Assembly (NCBI GenBank): GCA_030141605.1
Contig: JAQGDQ010000288.1
Location: forward strand, 8,621-72,620
Source: Tubiluchus corallicola
Lineage: Eukaryota > Animalia > Priapulida
DNA length: 64,000 nt
Direction of reading: 5' to 3'
The notes below the pieces were generated by a model, which saw only the letters and a list, made by a program, of their open reading frames with translations, did no database searches and was not told the origin of the DNA. The number at the start of each line of letters is the position of its first letter. Positions within the stretch are counted from its first letter, which is position 1. The position numbers were made by a program, and so were the translations under genes. Of this stretch, positions 32,201 to 53,674 are shown in pieces.

Positions 32201-35200
32201 TACAGTAAGAATAGACTATAACTACACAAGCTGACAAGTTTTACTACAAGATTACATTAGACATTAGTAACATTTACAGTAAGAATAGACTATAACTACA
32301 CAAGCTGACAAGTTTTACTACAAGATTACATTAGACATTAGTAACATTTACAGTAAGAATTGACTATAACTACACAAGCTGACAAGTTTTACTACAAGAT
32401 TACGTTAGACATTAGTAATATTTACAGTAAGAATAGACAATAACTACACAAGCTGACAAGTTTTACTACAAGATTACGTTAGACATTAGTAACATTTACA
32501 GTAAGAATTGACTATACCTACACAAGCTGACAAGTTTTACTACAAGATTACATTAGACATTAGTAACATTTACAGTAAGAATTGACTATAACTACACAAG
32601 CTGACAAGCTTTACTACAAGATTACATTAGACATTAGTAACATTTACAGTAAGAATAGACTATAACTACACAAGCTGACAAGTTTTACTAAAAGATTACA
32701 TTAGATATTAGTAACATTTACAGTAAGAATTGACTATAACTACACAAACTGACAAGTTTTACTGCAAGATTACATTAGACATTAGTAACATTTACAGTGA
32801 GAATAGACTACAACTACACAAGCTGACAAGTTTTACTACAAGATTACGTTAGACATTAGTAATATTTACAGTAAGAATAGACAATAACTACACAAGCTGG
32901 CAAGTTTTACTACAAGATTACATTAGACATTAGTAACATTTACAGTAAGAATAGACTATAACTACACAAGCTGAGAAGTTTTACTACAAGATTACATTAG
33001 ACATTAGTAACATTTACAGTAAGAATAGACTATAACTACACAAGCTGACAAGTTTTACTACAAGATTACATTACACATTAGTAGAAAATGACGGTTAGAA
33101 AATATTAATGTACGATTATTTAAGACTGATGCATTTCATAACAGATAGAAACTACTGGAAGCGTTTAGTACGGAATATAAAGTCATGTATGCATTGGAAT
33201 ATTTTACAGTTAGCAACATAGTTAAATTCATCTTTTCTGAATAATAACAACTTCAACAGATCATTATTTCCTAAGGCAGCTATATTAAGGTTTTCGGGCA
33301 GAAGCATTTCATTTAATTTATCAAACATAACAACCCTAGTTTGTTGATACAATGGGCAGTGCAACAAAAAGTGTTCAACAGACTCAAATCGAAATCCACA
33401 GTTACAATTCGGCAATATTGGATGACCGTTATTATCTTTACAGCCTTTAGAGAAAAGGTCATTGCTTTGCATTACAGGCACTGCTAATTTTGCTTTGTTT
33501 TCTCTTTGATGCTTTTAGTTGTTTATCAAAGACAACCTTGGGGGTACAGAAACAACAAGGATCGATAAGCTGCAGTTTATTGGCTCCCCAGTTGCTACAA
33601 CGAACATGGGTGACTTCAAACGGGTAGGCCTCTTTCTTTTGCAAAGCCGTTGTTTAAGTTGTTGGTAATCTGATGCTAAATTAAGTAGCAGTACTTAGTG
33701 TTCAGTTGTGCAAAATTTTACATTGTGCAATCTTTGAAAACCCCCCAGTTTATATATATTCTACCCAAAACTTGTGAAATCTGATTTGAACTTGGTTAAT
33801 GTTAACTAGCAGCTTTGATGTTTTGAACTGCTGAATTCCGCCATATTTTTACTTAAAGTTTTCGACACACTTTCAACTCTTGTTGCCCCAACCGTCAGCT
33901 TTACATCGGTGACATAGCAGTTATCCAGCAGTTACTGCTAAATCGGTTGTCACACCTCATTAGGGGTGAGCATTCTCTACCAGAAAGTGAATTTGAATCG
34001 AACTAAACTTCAGTTTTCGAATTCGAATTGAGATTGACTTTCGATCAAGTTTTCGAACCGCTAGTAAAAATTTGTCTTACAAATATAATGCACATTACTC
34101 GATTTTGTTCTGCAGTAAAACCACTAATAATTTGTTTAAAATTTTGCACAGAAATAACAGCTAAATATGCTAATTTTATGACGTTTCAAACGTTTTAATG
34201 ATAAAGAATGTGTGTGATTGAAGTGCTAAATTATTCGAATCTACAGTTTTAGGTTCGAATCGAATTCAAACGTTCGATGCTCACCCGTACAACCCATGGC
34301 TTCACATTTCTACTTGTATCACCTTCCCACGTTTTTGTCGGACATAAAATGACATTTTTTATCATTAACCATTTGAGATGGCTTTGTTGACTGCCATGTG
34401 AATTGTTTGTAGACGTTTATACGTTCTAGTTAGTTGGAAGTTGGCCTAACTAGAGTTGATCTTGCGCCACCTTAGTAATTTGTTAATAAATTGCTTATTA
34501 GAAATAATTAATGTTTGCTCTAGTAAAATTGAAATAAAGATGGGAAAATTATTAAGTTAATTGGTGTGAAGATTTCAGACAATAACAAATCAAGCCAGTT
34601 TGCATTTTATTTGTCACTTACAATCATTATAAGCCAGCCTTTTCATACTGAAAAGATTAATTTTTGCAGAATATAGATTTATCTGTACAATATTTTTATT
34701 ATTATCATAATTCTTTATTTAAAATTTAAAATTGTACGCATATACAAATATTTACATAAAATACATACAGGGACCCTCTATTTGCAGGGTATGGTTAAAA
34801 AAAACTTTGTAAATAAAATAGCTGTTATATTCGTAAGACTTTTAAATACCAATAAATCAATATACCAATAAAAGAACAACTAAAATCAAATAGTACCAAT
34901 TTACACAAATTTACACAAAACGACCTGTATAATATAAAAGTGACAGATATAATATAAAAGTTCAATATTTTATACTAAAGTTTGTAAAAACGAATCACAA
35001 ACTAACTCAGAGAAAGCAACTAGCAGGTTTTTGTCTCGATAGGTATAAATTTTACTAATGTTTTGAAATTGTAGGCTATTTGCGAGCGCTAATCTTTTAT
35101 TTTCGTCCACCAGAGTAAAATTAAAAAGCAAATGTTCAGCTGTTTGTGCTTCCTCTGAACATATACAGGCATTTTCGTGTATGTATCCAATTTTAAAAAG

Positions 35201-35625
35201 AAAATCTTTAAAGTTACCTTGTCCTAATAAAATGCTACAAGATAGTTTTTCTAGCCTTCTGCTATTTGTATGAAAAGGAAGGTCTAGTGGAGTTAAAAAT
35301 ACATTTTCAGGAAGAATAGATAACTCCTGGCATTGGTAGCGAGTACGGCATCTATTTTTCCATAGGTGTGATATAAAATGCTCAATATCCTGTTTTTTGT
35401 ACTCAAGGATATTCAGTGGTATATTACCGTAATCAATAGTACGTGAATTATAATTTTTACATAATTTTAAAAATTTGACCACTAGAAGCCAGTAATTCTC
35501 GAATGAAATGTCTATGACCGATTGTGGGATCCACTGTACAATAGGAAATTATTGGCGAGTTTCTTGTAAACCAATTTTTACCTTTTTCGTTTCAGGTTGC
35601 TGGCAAACAAGGCGAAAGTCATTGA
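16846..35625 (+). CDS. TXNL1: Thioredoxin-like protein 1 (thioredoxin + PITH domain), complete, 292 aa
   Basis: Exons 16846-16946, 17457-17553 (WCGPC active site across the junction), 17971-18153, 19409-19531 (YLESDCDEQ), 23047-23207, 25328-25406 (LRFVKFQNV), 33519-33623 (TTNMGDFKR), 35596-35625 (VAGKQGESH*); total 879 nt; all GT-AG, phases compatible. Confidence 0.97.
17188..17253. repeat. (CA)n microsatellite
   Basis: Direct inspection. Confidence 0.95.
18915..19335. mobile_element. piggyBac-like MITE
   Basis: TTAA|CCCTTTCA...TGAAAGGG|TTAA; subterminal palindrome GTATCCCGTGGGATAC. Confidence 0.85.
20064..20814 (+). mobile_element. Kolobok-like MITE family E, copy 1, with its left end tandemly repeated (72-bp unit, 4 starts)
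   Basis: TTAA|AGGAAAG...CTTTCCT|TTAA; unit starts at 20061, 20133, 20205, 20277; homologous to 23256-24250. Confidence 0.78.
22060..22880. mobile_element. MITE with TIRs and subterminal ACATTTGAGTTACC repeats
   Basis: TATA|GGTTTTACACGTCAAATGTAGAC ... GTCTACATTTGACATGTAAAACC|TATA. Confidence 0.8.
23256..24250 (+). mobile_element. Kolobok-like family E, copy 2, interrupted by family D
   Basis: AGGAATGACAAGTCACTCAGCATG...CTTTCCA|TTAA; colinear with copy 1 on both sides of the insert. Confidence 0.72.
23511..23990 (+). mobile_element. Helitron-like family D copy nested in family E
   Basis: Closely similar to 5754-6238; ends CTAG|T. Confidence 0.7.
25730..26140. repeat. 21-bp tandem repeat (AAAAGTGATTTCAAAAGTGCA), probably subterminal repeats of a foldback MITE
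   Basis: Array at 25741-25990; degenerate inverted counterpart at 26065-26140. Confidence 0.75.
26146..28329. mobile_element. pogo/Tigger-like MITE carrying a 78-bp satellite
   Basis: TA|CAGTAAGTCCTCGCTTTATGGCGC ... GCGTCGTTAAAACGAGGATTTACTG|TA. Confidence 0.85.
26497..28058. repeat. 78-bp tandem repeat, about 20 copies
   Basis: Unit CACTGTATCATTTACTACCTAGTCTGGTTGCTATAGGAACAGGTTGCAGGTAGAATTCCTTCTCACAAAGTTTGTTCA; starts at 26497, 26575 etc. Confidence 0.97.
28707..29254 (+). mobile_element. hAT-like MITE family C (6-bp TSD), copy 1
   Basis: TIR CAGGGATTAGAAT/ATTCTCATCCCTG; TSD CATGTG; homolog at 40473-40983. Confidence 0.9.
29578..29668 (+). pseudogene. 5S rRNA-derived segment (head of a SINE-like element)
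   Basis: GAAGTTAAGCAACATAGAGCCTGGTTAGTACTTGGATGGGTGACCGCCTAGGAATACCAGATACTGTAGGCTT matches the 3' two-thirds of metazoan 5S including the internal control region; 5' part eroded. Confidence 0.92.
29578..30052 (+). mobile_element. 5S-headed SINE-like element with an RTE-LINE-like body and (CAA)n tail
   Basis: 5S head, GC-rich body resembling RTE 5' UTRs (recalled similarity, not searched), RTE-type end CCGAGACAGAAGGATGCC followed by degenerate (AAC)n. Confidence 0.75.
30778..31078. repeat. 27-bp minisatellite (TGTGTTCATGAGTAGTATGTGCACATA), about 11 copies
   Basis: Direct inspection; the unit contains the palindrome TATGTGCACATA. Confidence 0.96.
31815..33465 (-). mobile_element. 5'-truncated RTEX-like LINE: ORF2 C-terminus plus a 3' UTR containing a 74-bp array
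   Basis: CNCGFRFESVEHFLLHCPLY...LLLF...NCKIFQCIHDFIFRTKRFQ* (33152-33465); minus-strand AATAAA near 31817-31822. Confidence 0.8.
31899..33083. repeat. 74-bp tandem repeat, about 16 copies
   Basis: Unit AACATTTACAGTAAGAATAGACTATAACTACACAAGCTGACAAGTTTTACTACAAGATTACATTAGACATTAGT; starts at 31899, 31973 etc. Confidence 0.97.
33961..34289 (+). mobile_element. hAT-like MITE family G, copy 1
   Basis: TAGGGGTGAGCAT...ATGCTCACCCGTA; degenerate 8-bp TSD CACCTCAT/CAACCCAT; homolog at 63280. Confidence 0.85.
34695..35482 (-). mobile_element. LINE ORF2 3' fragment (R1/I-group-like zinc-knuckle region)
   Basis: LLGQGNFKDFLFKIG...CICSEEAQTAEHLLF resembles the GHGxF...CxC...TxxHLLxxC motif; clade and boundaries tentative. 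Confidence 0.65.
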
Positions 35626-36368
35626 CAAAAAACCAAATTATGTTTTAGTGTTGTACTTTAAAATTTGCTGACTATAGTGGTTGAGCGTTGCTTCGCTGAA
35701 TTACTTTACATCTGTATTCAAAATCTCTGAAACATTTCATTGTGTTCGTTCATTAGATGTACCTGAATTGTCCAGTTCATTGCTGCTAAATAAATTTTGC
35801 GGGTGTGCGTAAAAAATAAACGTGTTTCATTGCACCTGTGGTACGAATCTATGGTAGTGTTGATATTGGACTGCTGTCCGCTTTTAACGGGGGCAGGACG
35901 GATGGCACCGCGGCCAACACTGTGCGGCATGTCTCAATTCCGTCCTTCAACACCAAACCAAAAACAAAACCCGAATAACAGAGTCGAAATGACAATTTAT
36001 TACTAAATATCACACCCCCAATAAGGAACAAACAGCTTACCTAGAAGAACGGAGTTTGCGGCAAAGCCTGTGAAATGTGAACAGAGCTGCAATGAAAGAC
36101 ACGACCACTGACAAGGGTCTACAGCAGACCTTCCCTTTTTATAAGCTCAGGTGTGCACGTGACTAGTGGCTTTTACTAACACAAGGTCAGAATACGAGTC
36201 TCTGCTAGATAAAGCCACGTTCACATGCACACCTGAGAAGTCTACTGTATTCCCCTGCCAGAATTACATTTCATTTCACCACAGCTTATCATTCCATTGT
36301 AGTTTATCATTCTATAAGCATCAAAACATGGTCTAGTACATGGTTAGAGCATTTAGGAAACAACTAGT

Positions 36369-36808
36369 CAGGGCCGGAACTAGATGTGGCAAGTAGGGGG
36401 GGGGCGCAAAAATTTTCTGGAGGGTGAGGTATCCGAAGTGGTTAAATAATGGTTAAGCCAATTTTAACCACTTTTATACTGCATGCAGGCCTATAATTGG
36501 CATGTGTGTAGGACGGCGTAGCGGACAGAGCAATAATGAGAAAATTAACTCTCAGTTAACCTAACGTTATTAATGTGCCTCTAACTAAATTGTTATTTAC
36601 AGACATTTATCACACACAAGTTTTAAGATACACTGAAGCTACCAAACATTTTTTTACCTAATTCTAATTCATATTGTAAATGATTACATGCGAACTGCAA
36701 TATTCACTGCAAAAAAAATTATTTGTCCGATTTTGCAGGGGGGTGCAAATTTTGACAAGGGGGGCGAGACCCGCCATCCCCCCTCGCTTCCCCCTAGTTG
36801 CGCCCCTG
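36369..36808 (-). mobile_element. hAT-like MITE family B, copy 2
   Basis: Reverse complement of 3583-4007; perfect 8-bp TSD CAACTAGT. Confidence 0.92.
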
Positions 36809-37864
36809 CAACTAGTTGACAATGTTTCTGACGCGGTCAGAAACTGAAGATCTTACAGACAAAAGTTACGCATTTGGGTCTTATAAACACGGTGGTCTTT
36901 TGCTTGAGAATTATAATTCAGAATTTTATTGAGTTTGCATAGTTGCTTGATTACATAGGAACTGCGCTTTACAACAAAATCACGACTTTCAATTTTTTAA
37001 CCCGTGACCCGTAGGTCAGAAATCAACCAATCAGGGCATAACTTACGCCATTCAATTTGCCTCATTGAGACCTTGAGACCATGTACTACAAGCTAGTTTC
37101 AGTTAACACTTAATTCCCGTCCCCTATTCTGCCCCTACTGGGGTCAGAGATCAATCAATCTCTGTTTAATTATTACCATTCAGTTTGTCTCATGGAGACC
37201 TTTTATTTGATGTACTACAAGCTGGTTTCTTATTAAGTAACTGGTTTCACATTAATTTATCTGTTTTAAAAAAGGAAGCTGATGAATACGCTTTCGGAAA
37301 TCATCTATATATTTCGTGTTGCACTGAGGATTCAAAGATTGTCAAGGAAAAGCTGAATGAATTATTGAATTTAGTAATATGATGAAGTAAATGAGAATGG
37401 TTGTACATTTCGTGGTGGATGACTCTATGATCATTTCTTTTGCCGAGTCCGAAAGTTTCATTTGTGTATACAGAAAAAAAACAGCCAATATTAGGAAGAG
37501 CAGGGGCGTAGCCAGGTTCTAAAGGGGAGCAAGCAGATAAAAAGGGTGCCGTGACACATGAAGCAATTATATGTTTGTCTATTCCACAACAGACAGCATC
37601 AGCACATGACAAGAATACATTATAATAATTAGATATGAGGCAATGAGATCCTTGGTTCAATCCGTCAACCTTGACAAATGAATTACCTAAAACCACGCTC
37701 GTTTCAAAAATACGTCAGGCAGGTTGGTCAAATGAAGTAACAAGGCAGGGGGAGCGGTTGCAGCTCTATTAGCCAATCCACTGAGAAAGAGGTGTTTAAG
37801 CATAAAGAGAAGGTTTTGCAAATTCCTAGTAGAGATAAATAAATTGTTTTTGCCTATATACCAT

Positions 37865-39674
37865 CTTTCCTGCACTTGTTTCTTTCCTGCACTTGTTTCT
37901 TTCCTGCACTTGTTTCCTTCCTACACTTGTTTGTTTCCTACACTTGTTTGTTTCCTACACTTGTTTCTTTCCTGCACTTGTTTCTTTCCTACACTTGTTT
38001 CTTTCCTACACTTGTTTCTTTCCTACACTTGTTTCTTTCCTGCACTTGCTTCTTTCCTGCACTTGCTTCTTTCCTGCACTTGTTTCCTTTCTGCACTTGT
38101 TTCCTTCCTACACTTGTTTCTTTCCTGCACTTGTTTCTTTCCTGCACTTGTTTCTTTCCTTCACTTGCTTCTTTCCTGCACTTGTTTCTTTCCTACACTT
38201 GCTTCTTTCCTGCACTTGTTTCTTTCCTTCACTTGCTTCTTTCCTGCACTTGTTTCCTTCCTACACTTGTTTCTTTCCTGCACTTGTTTCTTTCCTGCAC
38301 TTGTTTCTTTCCTTCACTTGCTTCTTTCCTGCACTTGTTTCTTTCCTGCACTTGTTTCTTTCCTGCACTTGTTTCTTTCCTACACTTGCTTCTTTCCTAC
38401 ACTTGTTTCTTTCCTACACTTGTTTCTTTCCTTCACTTGTTTCTTTCCTACATTTGTTTCTTTCCTACACTTGTTTCTTTCCTACATTTGTTTCTTTCCT
38501 ACACTTGTTTCCTTTCTGCACTTGTTTCCTTCCTACACTTGTTTCTTTCCTGCACTTGTTTCTTTCCTGCACTTGTTTCTTTTCTACACTTGTTTCTTTC
38601 CTGCACTTGTTTCTTTCCTACACTTGTTTCTTTCCTGCACTTGTTTCTTTCCTGCACTTGTTTCTTTCCTACACTTGTTTCTTTCCTGCACTTGTTTCCT
38701 TCCTACACTTGTTTCTTTCCTACACTTGTTTCCTTCCTACACTTGTTTCTTTCCTACACTTGTTTCTTTCCTACACTTGTTTCCTTTCTGCACTTGTTTC
38801 TTTCCTACACTTGTTTCTTTTCTACACTTGTTTCTTTCCTACACTTGTTTCTTTCCTTCACTTGCTTCTTTCCTACACTTGTTTCCTTCCTACACTTGTT
38901 TCCTTTCTGCACTTGCTTCTTTCCTACACTTGTTTCTTTCCTACACTTGTTTCTTTCCTACACTTGTTTCCTTTCTGCACTTGTTTCTTTCCTACACTTG
39001 TTTCTTTCCTGCACTTGTTTCTTTCCTGCACTTGTTTCTTTCCTACACTTGTTTCTTTCCTACACTTGCTTCTTTCCCACACTTGTTTCTTTCCCACACT
39101 TGTTTCTTTCCTGCACTTGTTTCTTTCCTGCACTTGTTTCTTTCCTGCACTTGTTTCCTTTCTGCACTTGTTTCCTTCCTACACTTGTTTCTTTCCTGCA
39201 CTTGTTTCTTTCCTACACTTGCTTCTTTCCTACACTTGTTTCTTTCCTACACTTGTTTCTTTCCTACACTTGCTTCTTTCCTGCACTTGTTTCTTTCCTA
39301 CACTTGTTTCCTTCCTGCACTTGTTTCTTTCCTACACTTGTTTCTTTCCTGCACTTGTTTCTTTCCTACACTTGTTTCTTTCCTACACTTGTTTCTTTCC
39401 TACACTTGTTTCCTTCCTACACTTGTTTCTTTCCTACACTTGTTTCCTTCCTACACTTGTTTCTTTCCTACACTTGTTTCCTTCCTACACTTGTTTCCTT
39501 CCTACACTTGTTTCTTTCCTACACTTGTTTCTTTCCTACACTTGTTTCTTTCCTACACTTGTTTCCTTCCTACACTTGTTTCTTTCCTACACTTGTTTCC
39601 TTCCTACACTTGTTTCTTTCCTACACTTGTTTCTTTCCTACACTTGTTTCTTTCCTGCACTTGTTTCCTTCCTA
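37865..39674. repeat. 17-bp pyrimidine-rich minisatellite (CACTTGTTTCTTTCCTR), about 106 copies
   Basis: Direct inspection; explains the three overlapping ~600-aa pseudo-ORFs. Confidence 0.98.
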
Positions 39675-40472
39675 AGGCTCCTGTTTCTTCCCACCACTAC
39701 TATATAGATTGTTGTGTTTTGTTTCTGTCGGAAGGCTCGTAGAGAAAACCAGAAAACACTTCGTCAAATTAAACTAGTTTATTAAGCAAGAATTCTACAA
39801 CACAAAAGTATGAGGGAACGCGAAATGATTACAGTAAATGTGATAATCGGAAAATAGAAGTATACAAGAGAATGTGTGAGTGGCGTCTGTGTCAATCTGT
39901 GTGTGTCGCTGTCTCAGCGGCCTGCTTCGCCTTATATAGAGTGCCCGAGAAGCTTCTAGAAGTTTCTTTCCAGAACATTCTACTCGGTAAGACAATTATT
40001 CTAACGGAACATTCTACAATGTTCTATTGAATTCTAATAGATGCCAGCGATCTCCACAACATACATAAACATGTAAATACGTATATAATTGTCAGTCTAT
40101 TCCCATCACCAAAGTTTATGGTTAAAAGGTAGATAAACACTGTGTGGAACATTTGTGCATTATTGATTTTAACTTTATTTAACAAACAAATTTTTTGCGA
40201 GTCTTTTTCTAGTCTATATTATACTACTACATGTACGTTTTTGTATGTTTGCTTGTGTACCTTTGTGTAATTTTTTTTAATCAAAAGAATCAGATGAATG
40301 AGTTTAGGCTTAATCAGCTTTGGCAGAGATCTACTTGCTACCGAGTGCAATTCTAGTTTTATTATAAAAGTGAACTACATCAAAATAACATGCGCCATTT
40401 TTCCATGTGACATTTTACCTACTTTTCCATTTGCTCCACGTTTAAGATACCTCCTTGTATAAACTCATCAAC

Positions 40473-40983
40473 CAGGGATGAGAATTTTTAACGGATACGT
40501 GGAATTCCAAGTTTTTGGCAGACCAGTAGTGCCATTTTTGTACATCGTGTAAATTTGTTGAGAAATTTTTTACGGGCCCCAGTACATTATTTCACAAGCT
40601 GACCGCTAGTTGACAGGCCTCACTTTGTTTGCATCACGTACATTAGTGTAACCAAGTGTATATCTCTATGTATAAAAATATGGAATCAATTGTGCGGAGT
40701 TATTTGAGTCAATTGCAGACAGTTTTTATATACTTTTGCATAGGAGCGGCCAGTACTCAGGCGTTTTTGAGACAATTAGGTAGCGTATAACCTTGACAGT
40801 TGGGTATTTTAAATTATGCATGAAATAAGGTAACTGATATTTTAAGTCCACTTAGAGGCTCTCTATGGTCACAAAATTGCAGTTTGTTGCTGGCTCCTCT
40901 TTAACTCCATTGGGGGCCTAGGTGGCCCCAAAACCCCTGGCCTGTTTCATAGTTTTTTTTACATTTTGTCATTCTCATCCCTG
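40473..40983 (+). mobile_element. hAT-like MITE family C (6-bp TSD), copy 2
   Basis: TIR CAGGGATGAGAAT/ATTCTCATCCCTG; TSD ATCAAC. Confidence 0.9.
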
Positions 40984-41525
40984 ATCAACTCATAGTGAGT
41001 TGTAGGCCTAATGACACTGTAATGAGTGTATTTTACTTCTCCACATCGGTGTTTAGCCCGATGTGGAGAATGATTGTAATTGAGATCGTTACTTTTACTC
41101 TAGAAAAGCATTTGTTGTGTGAAAACGAACTTTCAGTGCGCTATATGAAATCTGAGTTAAAGGATATTGATTTATCGGATTAGTACTTGCCAAATTTTGC
41201 TGATGATTGTCAAAAGGTCAAAGGTTATGTGTACCAGACAACAGAATTGTGTACATTTGACTACACCTCGCAGCCTATGCTATTGGAATAGTAACAATTT
41301 TAACAGCTAGCTAGAACTTTACCTAGTTCATTTTTTCTTATTCCCAAGCAAGATCCTCCTAGTAAATCACTCTATGCACACAGTAATGCATAATTAAGTA
41401 AAGTCCGCGTAAAGCAACTAAAGTTGCTAAACTAATGCGGCAGAGGGCTTTGCTTTACACACGTCCGGTGACATTGTAGTTAAGATGTGTTGCTGCGGTA
41501 CACTTAACTTTTGACCTGCAGCAGC

Positions 41526-41537
41526 TGCGCGTGCGCA
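41526..41537. promoter_or_regulatory. NRF1-like site upstream of GGT
   Basis: TGCGCGTGCGCA, close to the YGCGCAYGCGCR consensus; motif match only. Confidence 0.3.
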
Positions 41538-41757
41538 CAACAAAATTGTGAAACGGCTTATTAATGCAGTGAAAGACTAAAGCCATGCCTATTGGAAGAT
41601 AGCTGCATAGTGCAATCTTCGTACATTAAATTTGCTACCCAGTGTTCTGCTCCTAAAGCCGTGGAATTGACTTTTCGTAAATATTTATAATATGATCGAT
41701 GACTCACGATTTAAAATCAACATCTGCTATTAGGTGAGAGAAGAAAGAAGCGGCAAA

Positions 41758-41815
<58 letters not shown>

Positions 41816-42001
41816 GGGTGTTTCATGTCTTTTAAAAGGAAATGTAAAAATAAAGAAAGAAGTTAATCAAAGGTAGCTCTTGATTGACAAAAATCGGAAT
41901 TGGGGAAATGGAAACGACATTCAGTATAAACAGTACACGATAAACAGTACAAAAAGAGGGTCAACTAACCTAGAGGCGCGTAATGGTTCATCTGTTTTTA
42001 G

Positions 42002-53674
<11,673 letters not shown>

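Noticed and set aside
36857-36935. KSYAFGSYKHGG as the missing GGT exon
   Set aside because: Lacks AVA.D..CS and hits a stop before any suitable donor
37844-39742. Three ~600-aa ORFs
   Set aside because: Artefact of a stop-free 17-bp repeat; the same applies to ORFs over 917-1684, 6747-7764, 10174-10837, 14775-15229, 25666-26026, 30718-31132 and 44914-45599
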